From contig JBEGTB010000002.1 of NCBI GenBank assembly GCA_041179585.1, positions 1 to 48,064 of the forward strand: a DNA stretch of 48,064 nucleotides. The letters run 5' to 3'. Both the position numbers and the translations under genes were made by a program. Of the stretch, positions 34,164 through 44,268 are shown in pieces (position 1 is the stretch's first letter; each line of letters begins with the position of its first letter). The notes below the pieces were generated by a model. The model saw only the letters and a list, made by a program, of their open reading frames with translations. It was not told the origin of the DNA and ran no database searches. The DNA is from Actinomycetota bacterium. GTDB taxonomy: Bacteria > Actinomycetota > Actinomycetes > S36-B12 > UBA5976.

Positions 34164-35594
34164 ATGACCACATTGAAGAACTTCATTGGTGGCAAGCTGC
34201 TTGACCCAGTCAAGGGCAACATGATGGATATGGAAAACCCGGCCACCGGTCAGGTTTACGGTCATGCACCACGTTCAACTGCAGAAGATGTTGACTTAGC
34301 TTTCAAGGCAGCTGACGCTGCATTTGATGGTTGGAAGCGCACAAGTCCTGCTGATCGCAGCTTGGCAGTTTTCCGCATTGCAGATTTGATGGAAAAGCGT
34401 GCATCTGAATTAATTGCAGCCGAAGTTCAAGACACTGGCAAGCCAGTGTGGTGGATGCGCGACATGGAAATGCCTATGTGTGTTGATCACACTCGCTTCC
34501 ATGCAACTCTTGCTCGTAACCTCCCAGGTCTTTCAAATGGTGAATACCTTTCAGGTTATGACTCAACTGTTCGTCGCGAACCAGTTGGTGTTTGTGCTCA
34601 GGTAGCGCCTTGGAACTATCCGTTACTAATGGCGATCTGGAAGTTTGCTCCAGCTATCGCACTTGGCAACACCATCGTGCTTAAGCCATCTGATACAACT
34701 CCAGCAACAGCTGCAATCCTTGCGGAAATTTTTGCTGAAACACTTCCAACTGGTGTTGTGAACATTGTTTATGGTGATCGCGATACCGGTCGTGCAATGG
34801 TTGCCCACAAGCGTCCAGACATGGTTTCAATCACTGGCTCAGTTCGCGCTGGTATGGAAATTGCCGCTAACGCAGCTCCTGACCTAAAGCGCATCCACCT
34901 TGAACTAGGTGGCAAGGCACCAGTCATCGTGTTTGCCGACTGCGATTTTGATCGCACTGTTGATGAAGTTGCAACTGCAAACGTGATGAATGCAGGTCAA
35001 GACTGTGCAGCTGGAACTCGCGTAATAGTTGAAGAAAGCATCGCTGAAGAATTCACAGCAGCACTTGCCAAGCGCGTAAGCCAATTCAAGTTTGGTGCTC
35101 CAGAAGATGACAACAATTACTACGGCGCGCTAAATAGCCAAGCTCAGTTAGATCGCGTACAAGGCTTCATTGATCGCCTGCCAAGTCACGCTCAAGTTCT
35201 AACTGGCGGTAAGGCATCACGCCTTAATGGTGGTTACTACTTTGAACCAACACTTGTAGCAGGTCTAAAGCAAGATGACGAAATGATTCAAAACGAAGTT
35301 TTCGCATCTGTTCAAACAATCCAGACATTTAAAGACGAAGCTGATGCAGTTCGCATGGCTAACGATGTTGCTTACGGTCTAGCTGCATCAATCTGGTCAA
35401 CAAATCACCAGAAAGTTATCCGCGTGAGCCAAGACATCGACTTTGGTCAGGTTTGGGTTAACTGCCACTTGGTGCAAGTTGGTGAAATGCCTAACGGTGG
35501 TTTCAAGCATTCAGGTCACGGTAATGACCTATCTGCTGAAGCACTAGAGGGTTACACCCGCGTAAAGCACGTAATGAGCTACACCGGTCGCTAA
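34164..35594 (+). CDS. NAD-dependent aldehyde dehydrogenase, gamma-aminobutyraldehyde dehydrogenase (PatD/YdcW)-like
   Basis: 476 aa with APWNYPLLMAIWKFAPAIALGN, ELGGKAP, NAGQDCAAGTR (catalytic Cys) and GEMPNGGFKHSGHGNDLS. It is collinear with E. coli PatD as I recall it. AGAGGA SD upstream. Confidence 0.72.
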   Translation: MTTLKNFIGGKLLDPVKGNMMDMENPATGQVYGHAPRSTAEDVDLAFKAADAAFDGWKRTSPADRSLAVFRIADLMEKRASELIAAEVQDTGKPVWWMRDMEMPMCVDHTRFHATLARNLPGLSNGEYLSGYDSTVRREPVGVCAQVAPWNYPLLMAIWKFAPAIALGNTIVLKPSDTTPATAAILAEIFAETLPTGVVNIVYGDRDTGRAMVAHKRPDMVSITGSVRAGMEIAANAAPDLKRIHLELGGKAPVIVFADCDFDRTVDEVATANVMNAGQDCAAGTRVIVEESIAEEFTAALAKRVSQFKFGAPEDDNNYYGALNSQAQLDRVQGFIDRLPSHAQVLTGGKASRLNGGYYFEPTLVAGLKQDDEMIQNEVFASVQTIQTFKDEADAVRMANDVAYGLAASIWSTNHQKVIRVSQDIDFGQVWVNCHLVQVGEMPNGGFKHSGHGNDLSAEALEGYTRVKHVMSYTGR

Positions 35595-35608
35595 GACTAA
35601 TTAACAAA

Positions 35609-35645
35609 GGCGGTGCTTGAAAATTCAAGCGCCGCTTTTGTATTT
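35609..35645 (+). terminator. Rho-independent terminator after the aldehyde dehydrogenase
   Basis: GCGGTGCTTGA-AAAT-TCAAGCGCCGC (one G-U pair) followed by TTTTGTATTT. Confidence 0.7.
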
Positions 35646-35698
35646 CTGGGGCTCAAGATTTGTCGCTAGGCTTGAACTTCCAACCAAAAAGGCGACTA

Positions 35699-36697
35699 AT
35701 GAATCTGAAGAACCGCGATTTCCTGAAGGAAACCGACTTCACTGCCGATGAGTTCGAATACTTAATTGATCTTGCGATCGAACTAAAAGCCCAGAAAAAA
35801 GCTCGCAATGAAAAACAGCGCATGGTTGGTCGCAGTATTGCCCTTATTTTTGAAAAGACATCAACTAGAACTCGCTGTGCTTTTGAAGTTGCCGCTTTTG
35901 ATCAGGGCGCTTTCACTACTTACTTAGATGGATCATCGTCACAAGTTGGCCATAAAGAATCTGTCGCCGACACCGCAAGAGTTCTATCTCGTTATTACGA
36001 TGCGATTGAATACCGCGGCAATCAACAAGCCCTAGTTGAAGAATTAGCTCAATATGCTGATGTTCCGGTTTATAACGGACTAACTGATGAGTGGCATCCA
36101 ACTCAAATGCTGGCTGATTTCATGACCATGATGGAACATTCCGGCAAACGCCCAAAGGACATCGCGTTCACTTATGTTGGCGATGCTAGATCAAATATGG
36201 GTCATTCACTTCTTGTTACTTCAGCACTATTAGGTGCGGACCTTCGCATCGCATCGCCGAAAAAGCTTTGGCCATCAAGTGAAATTCAGACAATTGCAAA
36301 TGAACTTGCAAAGCGCAGTGGTGCCAAGTTACTCCTTACTGAGGACATGGATGAAGCGCTTCCTGGATCAGATTTTGTGCACACAGATGTTTGGGTTTCG
36401 ATGGGCGAGTCTGAAGAAATTTGGAAAGAGCGCGTTGAACTCCTTGGTAGCTACCAGGTGAACCACGAAGCTCTTGCTAAAACTGGTAACCCAAATGCTA
36501 AATTCATGCACTGTTTACCTGGTTTCCATAATGAACAGACAACTGTTGGTCGCGCTATTGCAAATAAAACTGGCATGCACGAGGGGCTTGAAGTTTCGCA
36601 CGATGTCTTTGAAGGTCCAGCTAGTGTTGTTTTTGATCAAGCAGAAAACCGATTACACACAATTAAGGCAATCATGGTTGCCACAATTGGTGATTAA
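35699..36697 (+). CDS. Ornithine carbamoyltransferase (ArgI/ArcB-like long type)
   Basis: [26 protein letters not shown]..., [40 protein letters not shown]. It is collinear with E. coli ArgI. ATG 35699 lies 6 nt after AAAGG. The track's TTG 35660 sits only 15 nt after the terminator. Confidence 0.88.
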   Translation: MNLKNRDFLKETDFTADEFEYLIDLAIELKAQKKARNEKQRMVGRSIALIFEKTSTRTRCAFEVAAFDQGAFTTYLDGSSSQVGHKESVADTARVLSRYYDAIEYRGNQQALVEELAQYADVPVYNGLTDEWHPTQMLADFMTMMEHSGKRPKDIAFTYVGDARSNMGHSLLVTSALLGADLRIASPKKLWPSSEIQTIANELAKRSGAKLLLTEDMDEALPGSDFVHTDVWVSMGESEEIWKERVELLGSYQVNHEALAKTGNPNAKFMHCLPGFHNEQTTVGRAIANKTGMHEGLEVSHDVFEGPASVVFDQAENRLHTIKAIMVATIGD

Positions 36698-36713
36698 TAA
36701 CTGAAAGTAGAAA

Positions 36714-37778
36714 ATGAGCAAACTTTTTAGTCCAATTAAAGTTGGCGGCGTTGAAATTAAAAACCGCGCTTGGGTTGCACCAATGTGTCAGTACTCAGCA
36801 GTGAACGGGTTAATTCAAGATTGGCATGCAGTGAATTATGGTGCCTACATCACTGGTGGAGCCGGCCTGGTCATGGTTGAAGCAACTGCTGTTAGACCTG
36901 AAGGTCGAATCACTCCTGGGTGCACTGGAATTTGGACTGATCAACAAGCACAAGTGCTTGCAGAGATTCCACGTTTTGCTCATCGGCATGGTGTTAAAGC
37001 AGGAATTCAACTCGCACATGCTGGACGAAAAGCATCGGTTTCTGCGCCCTGGGAGGGTTTAACTCCGGTCTCACATGATGATGGCGGGTGGCAAACAGAA
37101 GCACCTTCTGCAGTTGCGTTTGAAGGTTATCCCGAGCCAACTGAAATCACTTTAAGTGAGATTACAAAATTAAAGGCTGACTTTGCGGCCGCAGCAGAAC
37201 GTGCACTCTCAGCAGATTTTGATGTGATTGAAATTCATTCAGCTCATGGTTACTTATTGCATGAATTCCTTTCACCAATTTCCAATAAACGCACGGACGA
37301 ATACGGTGGTTCTTTTGAAAACCGAATTCGTTTATTGTGTGAAATCACAAGCGAAATTCGTTTGATTGTTCCTTCATCACGCGCCTTATTTGTGCGAATT
37401 TCAGCCAGTGACTGGATTGAAGGCGGCTGGGACATCGAGCAAAGTGTTGAACTGTGTCGCGAGCTCAAGGCTCGAGGTGTTGACCTTGTTGACGTTTCTT
37501 CAGCGGGAATTTCTTTAGCCCAGGAGATCAAACTTGGACCTGCGTACCAAACTCCATTTGCTGAAAAAATTCATCAGGAAACAGGCATGCGAACAAGTGC
37601 TGTTGGTTCTATTACAACTGGCCCACAGGCAGAAGAAATTTTGCAACGTGGCGATGTTGAAGCTGTAATGATTGGTAGGGCCATGCTTGCTAATCCACAT
37701 TGGCCAGGACAAGCTGCCCATGATTTGGGCGAACAACTTCCGCTTCCAAATCAATATCTTCGTGCAGTATTTAATTAA
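36714..37778 (+). CDS. NADPH-dependent flavin oxidoreductase, Old Yellow Enzyme family (YqjM/NamA type)
   Basis: 354 aa with MSKLFSPIKVGGVEIKNRAWVAPMCQYSA and IEIHSAHGYLLHEFLSPISNKRTDEYGGSFENR. Confidence 0.85.
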   Translation: MSKLFSPIKVGGVEIKNRAWVAPMCQYSAVNGLIQDWHAVNYGAYITGGAGLVMVEATAVRPEGRITPGCTGIWTDQQAQVLAEIPRFAHRHGVKAGIQLAHAGRKASVSAPWEGLTPVSHDDGGWQTEAPSAVAFEGYPEPTEITLSEITKLKADFAAAAERALSADFDVIEIHSAHGYLLHEFLSPISNKRTDEYGGSFENRIRLLCEITSEIRLIVPSSRALFVRISASDWIEGGWDIEQSVELCRELKARGVDLVDVSSAGISLAQEIKLGPAYQTPFAEKIHQETGMRTSAVGSITTGPQAEEILQRGDVEAVMIGRAMLANPHWPGQAAHDLGEQLPLPNQYLRAVFN

Positions 37779-38649
37779 CCTTTGATTTGCTTGCAGCCAA
37801 GATTGACCCAATCAAGATTGTTGGAAATGCCAACAGCATCGTTGGCGTAATTTCCTCACTCAAGATCACAATTCCTAAAATCACAGCAACTGCTGGATTG
37901 ATATAAGTAATGATCGTGATTCGACTTGGACCAACTTCATCCACGGCCTTGAATAGCAAAATAAAAGCTAGAACCGTGCAAAGCAGGCCTAAACCAATAA
38001 CACTAAGAATCGTGTCAGTTGAAATTTGATCAACATATTTCCAAGAATCATTCATGAATTCATACGCAACTATCGGTGCGTAAAATGCCATACCCATAAA
38101 TTGGGACCAAGCCATAATTCCAATACTTGGTACATCACTTAACATTTGAGAAATGATCACTGGTCCAAGTGCGTAACCTAAAATCGCAAAGCCAACGATG
38201 GCAACAGACCACCAATTGTCCGCCCGAATTTCAAAACCAACAAGAAGCGAAACGCCAACTAGGCCAATTAACAAACCGCTGATGCGCTTTAGATTCCAGT
38301 GCTGATCCAAGCCCATGCGGTGGGTGATGATGGCATTAACTATTGGCACCGAGGCAATCAGTAGCGCAGTTAGGGAACTGGAAATTCTTTGCTCGGCAAC
38401 CCCAAGCACACCAAATGGAATAGCCATTTCAATTAATGCAAACGTTAAAATTCCAGCTCGATGCGTCTTGATGACGCCACCTTGTCCCTGCTTCAAAGCA
38501 AGAGGTAGCAGAATCATTGAACCCATAAGCAGGCGACTAAAGACGACCATTGATGGTGAAATTTCTTCAACGGCAATTCGGATAAATAAATAAGGCGTGC
38601 CCCAGATAAGTCCAAGTGCACCAATTAATAGCCAGCCGCGTTTAGTCAT
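37771..38649 (-). CDS. DMT superfamily (EamA-type) transporter
   Basis: About 10 TM helices, starting MTKRGWLLIGALGLIWGTPYLFIR. I prefer ATG 38649, because the longer ORF to 38709 would overlap the leuS start. Confidence 0.8.
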   Translation of the reverse strand: MTKRGWLLIGALGLIWGTPYLFIRIAVEEISPSMVVFSRLLMGSMILLPLALKQGQGGVIKTHRAGILTFALIEMAIPFGVLGVAEQRISSSLTALLIASVPIVNAIITHRMGLDQHWNLKRISGLLIGLVGVSLLVGFEIRADNWWSVAIVGFAILGYALGPVIISQMLSDVPSIGIMAWSQFMGMAFYAPIVAYEFMNDSWKYVDQISTDTILSVIGLGLLCTVLAFILLFKAVDEVGPSRITIITYINPAVAVILGIVILSEEITPTMLLAFPTILIGSILAASKSKVN

Positions 38650-38656
38650 AATGACG

Positions 38657-38662
38657 AGTTTA
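38657..38662 (-). promoter_or_regulatory. Putative -10 element (TAAACT) for a leaderless DMT transporter transcript
   Basis: The minus strand reads CCTAAACT-CGTCATT-ATG, 7 nt to the start and no SD. Confidence 0.3.
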
Positions 38663-38697
38663 GGTGCGAGCGAATTCTCCAGTAATCTAGGGTGATT

Positions 38698-41184
38698 ATG
38701 ACTGAGCAAGTTTTTAACGATTCAGCTGATCCAAATGCGATGGACTTCAACGCCATTCAGGAAAAGTGGCTGCCAATCTGGGATGAACTTGCACCATTTA
38801 GATCTGGTAATCCAGATGATTTGCGTCCAAAGAAATATGTCTTGGACATGTTCCCCTATCCATCAGGTGACCTTCATATGGGCCACGCTGAAGCGTATGC
38901 ACTTGGCGATGTAATCGCTCGTTACTGGGCACATAAAGGTTTCAATGTTATGCACCCAATTGGCTGGGATGCCTTTGGTCTGCCTGCAGAAAATGCAGCC
39001 ATCAAGCGAAATGAAAGTCCAGCAATTTGGACGTATGAAAACATTGCAGTTCAAAAAGCTTCGATGCGACGTTATGCCTGTTCTTTTGACTGGGACCGCG
39101 TTCTAAATACTTGTGATCCGCAGTACTACAAGTGGAACCAGTGGTTCTTCCTGCAGATGTATAAAAGAGGTCTTGCTTACCGAAAAGATTCGGCCGTTAA
39201 CTGGTGCCCTTCTTGCCAGACTGTTTTGGCAAACGAACAGGTAGTCGCAGGACTTTGTGAGCGCTGTGATTCGCCAGTAACAAAGAAAAAACTTAACCAG
39301 TGGTATTTCAAGATCACAGATTATGCAGATCGCCTTCTAGATGACATGAAGTCACTTGAAGGTCAGTGGCCAGAAAAAGTGTTGCAGATGCAGCGCAACT
39401 GGATTGGCCGCAGCCAAGGTGCTGAAGTAACCTTCGACATCGAAGGCTTGGATAAATCAGTTGTTGTTTACACAACCCGTCCAGACACTTTATTTGGCGC
39501 AACCTTCTTTGTTGTTGCCGCTGACTCAGAACTTGCTGCCGAACTTTCAAAAGGTACTGGTGCTGAAGCTGAATTTGAAAAGTATTTAGAAATGGTGAAA
39601 GCCACAAGTGATATCGATCGCTTGGCTACAGATCGACCAAAGACTGGTGTTTTCTTAAACCGCTATGCAATCAATCCAGTAAACGGTGAAAAACTTCCGA
39701 TCTGGGCAAGTGATTACGTATTAGCTGATTATGGAACTGGCGCGATCATGGCAGTTCCGGCACACGATCAGCGCGACTTGGACTTTGCCAAGGCATTTAA
39801 CATTCCAGTTCGAGTTGTTGTGCAAAGTGATACAGATCCAGCACAAACTTTTGTTGCCACAGCTGATGACGGTCCACACGTGAATTCCGGACCACTTGAT
39901 GGACTAAATAAAGCTGATGCCATCGCAAAAATGATTTCAATTTTGGAAAAAGATGGTCGCGGTAAGCCAGCTAAAAACTATCGTTTGCGTGACTGGCTTA
40001 TTTCTCGTCAACGTTTCTGGGGAACGCCAATTCCAATCATTCACTGTGAAAAGTGTGGAGAAGTTCCAGTTGAAGAATCACAGCTTCCAGTTCAACTTCC
40101 AGATGCAGCAGGTCTTGACCTAGCACCCAAGGGAACATCCCCACTTGGCGCGGCAAGTGATTGGGTTAATGTCAGTTGTCCAAGTTGTGGCGGCGCTGCC
40201 AAGCGTGATGCTGACACGATGGATACATTCGTTGACTCATCTTGGTACTACATGCGTTATCTAAACCCACAGTTAGAAGATGCACCTTTTGATCCAAAGC
40301 AAGCCGAAGAATGGCTTCCGATTGATCAATATGTTGGTGGCGTGACGCATGCGATTTTGCACCTTTTGTACAGTCGCTTCTTCACCAAAGTTATGTATGA
40401 CATGGGAATGGTTAAGTTCACTGAACCATTCACTCGATTACTAAACCAAGGCATGGTTGTGATGGATGGCTCTGCAATGAGTAAGAGCCGTGGCAACTTA
40501 GTGAAACTAGGCGATGCACTCAACGAGCATGGTGTCGATGCAATTCGTTTAACAATGGTTTTTGCTGGTCCACCAGAAGATGACATTGACTGGGCAGATG
40601 TTTCACCAAGTGGCTCTAAAAAATTCCTTGGCCGCGCTTTCCGTTTAGCGGGCGATGTTTCAACACCAGTTGGCGTTGATTTCAAAACTGGCGATAAGGC
40701 ATTACGCAAAGCAACTCATCGCGCATTAAACGATGCCCAGCTAGCTGTTGAAACCTACCGATTCAATGTGGCCGTTGCCAGAACGATGGAACTAGTAAAT
40801 GTCACCCGTAAGTCAATTGACTCAGGTTGTGGCCCAGCGGATCCAGCAGTGCGCGAAGCAACTGAAGCCGTGGCAATCATGCTTTCACTTGTTTCACCTT
40901 TTACCGCTGAAGAAATGTGGGAAAAGTTAGGTCACAAACCATCTGTTGCCCTAGCTCCTTGGCCAGATGTCGATCCAGCACTTCTTGTTGAAGATGAAGT
41001 AGAAGCAATTGTTCAGATCAACGGCAAGATCAAAGAACGCATAATGGTTTCGCCAAACATTTCAGAAAACGACTTCAAAGAAATGGCACTAGCTTTGCCA
41101 AGTGTTGCTGGCGAGATTTCAGGCAAAACTCCAAAAGCAATCATTGTTCGCCCACCAAAACTCGTAAATATAGTTTTAGGTTAA
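38698..41184 (+). CDS. leuS: Leucine--tRNA ligase
   Basis: [11 protein letters not shown] (HIGH) and AMSKSRGN (KMSKS). CP1 editing domain and C-terminal domain are present. ATG 38698 lies 5 nt after AGGG; GTG 38692 is an alternative. Confidence 0.93.
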   Translation: MTEQVFNDSADPNAMDFNAIQEKWLPIWDELAPFRSGNPDDLRPKKYVLDMFPYPSGDLHMGHAEAYALGDVIARYWAHKGFNVMHPIGWDAFGLPAENAAIKRNESPAIWTYENIAVQKASMRRYACSFDWDRVLNTCDPQYYKWNQWFFLQMYKRGLAYRKDSAVNWCPSCQTVLANEQVVAGLCERCDSPVTKKKLNQWYFKITDYADRLLDDMKSLEGQWPEKVLQMQRNWIGRSQGAEVTFDIEGLDKSVVVYTTRPDTLFGATFFVVAADSELAAELSKGTGAEAEFEKYLEMVKATSDIDRLATDRPKTGVFLNRYAINPVNGEKLPIWASDYVLADYGTGAIMAVPAHDQRDLDFAKAFNIPVRVVVQSDTDPAQTFVATADDGPHVNSGPLDGLNKADAIAKMISILEKDGRGKPAKNYRLRDWLISRQRFWGTPIPIIHCEKCGEVPVEESQLPVQLPDAAGLDLAPKGTSPLGAASDWVNVSCPSCGGAAKRDADTMDTFVDSSWYYMRYLNPQLEDAPFDPKQAEEWLPIDQYVGGVTHAILHLLYSRFFTKVMYDMGMVKFTEPFTRLLNQGMVVMDGSAMSKSRGNLVKLGDALNEHGVDAIRLTMVFAGPPEDDIDWADVSPSGSKKFLGRAFRLAGDVSTPVGVDFKTGDKALRKATHRALNDAQLAVETYRFNVAVARTMELVNVTRKSIDSGCGPADPAVREATEAVAIMLSLVSPFTAEEMWEKLGHKPSVALAPWPDVDPALLVEDEVEAIVQINGKIKERIMVSPNISENDFKEMALALPSVAGEISGKTPKAIIVRPPKLVNIVLG

Positions 41185-41244
41185 TTAACACCTCAAACTA
41201 ATCCACAAGCTAGTTTTTTAGAGTGTGATTTCGCTTTAACTTCG

Positions 41245-41250
41245 TAACTT
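41245..41250 (+). promoter_or_regulatory. Putative -10 element (TAACTT) for a leaderless comEA transcript
   Basis: TAACTT-TGCTCGC-ATG, 7 nt to the start at 41258 and no SD. Confidence 0.3.
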
Positions 41251-41257
41251 TGCTCGC

Positions 41258-41914
41258 ATGCAGTTATTTTCAAGAAATAAAGACATTGCCCTTGCCAGAC
41301 TAAATAAGTTAATTGCCCCAAGACCAGAAATTGAAGTTAGCGAACCTAGGCAAACTTTAATCAATCCGCCACAGATCGCACTCAAACCAATCATTCGAGT
41401 TGTTGGAATGCTCTTGTTTGCGATGACTGCAATCTGGTGGCTAACTAGACCAGCTGAAATTAACCAGATTGAATCCTTAAATCAATCAGCCACCCAAACA
41501 AGTGATTCATTATCGCAGAGCGGGCAAGTGGTAGTGCATGTAGTTGGAGATGTGGTTACACCTGGAATAGTCACATTAAATGCTGGTAGTCGAGTTATCG
41601 ATGCCATAAATGCTGCAGGTGGATTTACAAGTGATGCCAAGCAGGACACTTTGAATTTGGCCGCGCATGTTGAAGATGGCCAATTAATTCAAGTTGGCGC
41701 TACATCGGTTAGTGCACTGGATAATCGAATCGATTTAAATACCGCAACAGTTGAACAACTTGATTCACTTCCTGGAATTGGACCAGTAATGGCAAATCGC
41801 ATATTGGAATGGCGCCAGGCACACCAGCGATTTAGTTCTGTTGATGAACTTCAAGAAGTTGAAGGGATTGGGTCAAAACTTTTTAATCGCTTGAAATCCG
41901 CAGTCCGCGTTTAA
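41258..41914 (+). CDS. comEA: ComEA family DNA-binding protein
   Basis: 218 aa with a TM anchor, an SLBB-like region (VVHVVGDVVTPGIVTL) and a C-terminal helix-hairpin-helix LNTATVEQLDSLPGIGPVMANRILEWR...VEGIGSKLF. Confidence 0.85.
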   Translation: MQLFSRNKDIALARLNKLIAPRPEIEVSEPRQTLINPPQIALKPIIRVVGMLLFAMTAIWWLTRPAEINQIESLNQSATQTSDSLSQSGQVVVHVVGDVVTPGIVTLNAGSRVIDAINAAGGFTSDAKQDTLNLAAHVEDGQLIQVGATSVSALDNRIDLNTATVEQLDSLPGIGPVMANRILEWRQAHQRFSSVDELQEVEGIGSKLFNRLKSAVRV

Positions 41915-44268
41915 TGGATTTTAGATTAGGTTCATTTGCTACTGGGCTTTGGTTTGGAACCTGCGTAACCATAATGGTTGCTAGCAAATTTGCCCCAGCA
42001 GATATTCTGCTTTGGCTACTAATTGCATTTGCTTTTGCAATTCTGAATTATCAAAAATCAAAAATATTCATTTGGGATAAAACCAGCATCAGGCTTGCCG
42101 CCGTAGGTCTAATAGCAGGGGCGGGTCTAGCGGGTTTACGGCTAGCCCCGCTTTATTCAGAGCCGTTAACTGGCGCCGCAAATGAACGTGCAGTTGTTGA
42201 AGTAACTGGTTTAACTATTGATGATGTACGACGAAGCCAGGTAGTAAATGCCTTAGATCTTGGAACCAGAGATTTTGGTGTCTTTAAGTTTCAAGCTACT
42301 CAAGTGAAATTCCGTGGTGACACATTTCAATTGCGCGTTCCAGTGCAAGTTTTTGTTTCAGGTGAACAGTTCACAAAAGTTAAAAATCTGCCACCCAAAA
42401 CAAAACTGACATTAATTGGAAAATTAAATCCATCCGAAAAAATCCGTGGGGTGGTAGCCAAGCTCACCGTGACTGGTGATGTACTAATAATTCAAACTCC
42501 ACCCAAATACCAATTTTTAGCAAGTTACTTTCGAAACAGTTTGCATCGAACGCTCGCTAATTTTCCAGATAAACCAGCTGGGCTAGTTCCAGGTCTGGCG
42601 CTAGGTGATGTCAGCAGGCTTGATCCAGTATTGGCAAAGCAGATGAAATCATCAGGACTTACTCATTTAACTGCAGTTTCTGGAAGTAATGTCACATTAC
42701 TTATCGCCTTAATTTTGGGGTTCGGTCGAAAATTACGCCTTTCAAATAAAACTAACTATTACATCGCACTACTTGGCCTAACTGGATTTGTGGTTTTAGT
42801 AAGACCACAACCAAGTGTTCTTCGAGCAAGTGTCATGGGTGTGATCATGGTTTTAGCATTACTTTCCAAGTCACCCAAGTCTGCAATCCCAGCATTAATT
42901 GGTTCAGTGATCGCACTTATTTTTATTGATCCATGGCTTTCAATTTCTTATGGCTTTGCACTTTCAGTATTTGCAACCGCGGGATTACTTTTATGGGCAA
43001 ATTCATTAATTCAAATTTTTGATCGAGTTATTCCCAGAAAAGTTCCGCATTGGTTAGTTTTGGGATTAGTAGTTACGGTCAGCGCTCAAATTGCAGTATT
43101 TCCAATTTTGGTAAGCCTTGGGTCACCAATCTCACTTGGAAGCCTTCCGGCAAATTTAATTTCGGTTCCACTTGCGGGGCCTACAATGATTTTTGGTTTA
43201 TTGGCAGCTCTAGTGGCAAACATTTTTAATCCACTAGCTCAACTAATTGGATTAATTGCGATTGGTTGCGCTCAGGGAATAGTCATTTGCGCACAATTTT
43301 TTTCCAGACAAAGTTGGCTGGTAATCCCTTGGCCCAAAGGTTTAGGCGGCGTAGTCCTAGCTATCTTGGCGATAGTTCTTGGCGTTCGATCCAAACTTCT
43401 CTGGCCAAGATTTTCATCTGGGCAAAAACAAATAGTTGTAACTTGCTGGCTAACTTGCGTATTAATGCTCTGGCAAAGGCCGCTCACAGTCTTAACCGGT
43501 TGGGTGCCACCCAATTGGCAAATTGCATCTTGTGATGTTGGCCAAGGTGATGCCACAGTGATTCGGGTTTCAAGTAGTGAAGCCATAGTGATTGATGTTG
43601 GCGGAAATCCCGAGCTGGTTAACAAATGTCTTTCGGATCTAAAAGTTAAAAAGATTTCGTTGCTACTGCTTACCCATTTTCACGCCGATCATGTTGTTGG
43701 CCTGCCTGGTGCAATTGCCGGGCGAGAAGTGGGGCAGATCAGAATCAGTCCACTATCTGACCCACCCTTAACAACGAAATTTGTTATGCAGGTACTGGCT
43801 GAAAATCAGATGCAGTCAAGTGTCTTGGCTTATCCAGATTATTTAAAAGTAGGTTCGATTGAATTGTTTTGTATCTGGCCAAAGCGCAAAACTGATTTTG
43901 ATAGTAATACGCCAAATAACGCCAGTGTTTCTGTGTTAATCAGAACTTCCAACTTAACTGTGCTTTTGCCCGGTGACATTGAGCCCATTGCCCAAGAGGC
44001 AATTCTTAAATTAATTCCGGACCCAAGTGCAATTGTGGTGAAAGTTCCCCATCATGGATCTAGGTATCAATCAACCAATTTCGCAAGAGCAACAAAAGCA
44101 AAGCTCGCCATAATTTCTGTTGGGAAAGACAATGATTATGGCCATCCATCAAATGACACCATCTATTTATATGAATCAATCGGGGCAAAGGTCGTGCGAA
44201 CCGATGAACATGGCTCGATTGCAATTTGGCAAAGTGGCGACAAAGTGAACATCAAGTCAGAAAAGTAG
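41914..44268 (+). CDS. comEC: ComEC/Rec2 DNA internalisation channel with metallo-beta-lactamase domain
   Basis: 784 aa, polytopic. The competence-domain motif is GLTHLTAVSGSNVTLL. The C-terminal MBL motif is LLLTHFHADHVVG...VPHHGS. ATGA-style overlap with comEA. Confidence 0.88.
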   Translation: MDFRLGSFATGLWFGTCVTIMVASKFAPADILLWLLIAFAFAILNYQKSKIFIWDKTSIRLAAVGLIAGAGLAGLRLAPLYSEPLTGAANERAVVEVTGLTIDDVRRSQVVNALDLGTRDFGVFKFQATQVKFRGDTFQLRVPVQVFVSGEQFTKVKNLPPKTKLTLIGKLNPSEKIRGVVAKLTVTGDVLIIQTPPKYQFLASYFRNSLHRTLANFPDKPAGLVPGLALGDVSRLDPVLAKQMKSSGLTHLTAVSGSNVTLLIALILGFGRKLRLSNKTNYYIALLGLTGFVVLVRPQPSVLRASVMGVIMVLALLSKSPKSAIPALIGSVIALIFIDPWLSISYGFALSVFATAGLLLWANSLIQIFDRVIPRKVPHWLVLGLVVTVSAQIAVFPILVSLGSPISLGSLPANLISVPLAGPTMIFGLLAALVANIFNPLAQLIGLIAIGCAQGIVICAQFFSRQSWLVIPWPKGLGGVVLAILAIVLGVRSKLLWPRFSSGQKQIVVTCWLTCVLMLWQRPLTVLTGWVPPNWQIASCDVGQGDATVIRVSSSEAIVIDVGGNPELVNKCLSDLKVKKISLLLLTHFHADHVVGLPGAIAGREVGQIRISPLSDPPLTTKFVMQVLAENQMQSSVLAYPDYLKVGSIELFCIWPKRKTDFDSNTPNNASVSVLIRTSNLTVLLPGDIEPIAQEAILKLIPDPSAIVVKVPHHGSRYQSTNFARATKAKLAIISVGKDNDYGHPSNDTIYLYESIGAKVVRTDEHGSIAIWQSGDKVNIKSEK

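Noticed and set aside
35612-35633. Palindrome CTTGAAAATTCAAG upstream of the OTC gene, reminiscent of an ARG box (TGAAT-N4-ATTCA)
   Set aside because: The half-site spacing does not match the ARG-box consensus. The palindrome is simply the apex of the GC-clamped terminator hairpin, which is followed by a T-tract.
24948-38649. Possibility that the tRNA-Ala-adjacent block is an integrative mobile element or genomic island with att sites
   Set aside because: It has no integrase, recombinase, transposase or conjugation gene. I could not find a duplicated copy of the tRNA-Ala 3' end at the distal border by eye. I keep it as a metabolic insertion, not a mobile element.
41195-41220. AAACTA-N10-TAGTTT hairpin plus T-run after leuS as a terminator
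   Set aside because: The stem is 6 bp of all-A/T-rich sequence with a 10-nt loop, too weak to call. It may still give partial termination before comEA.
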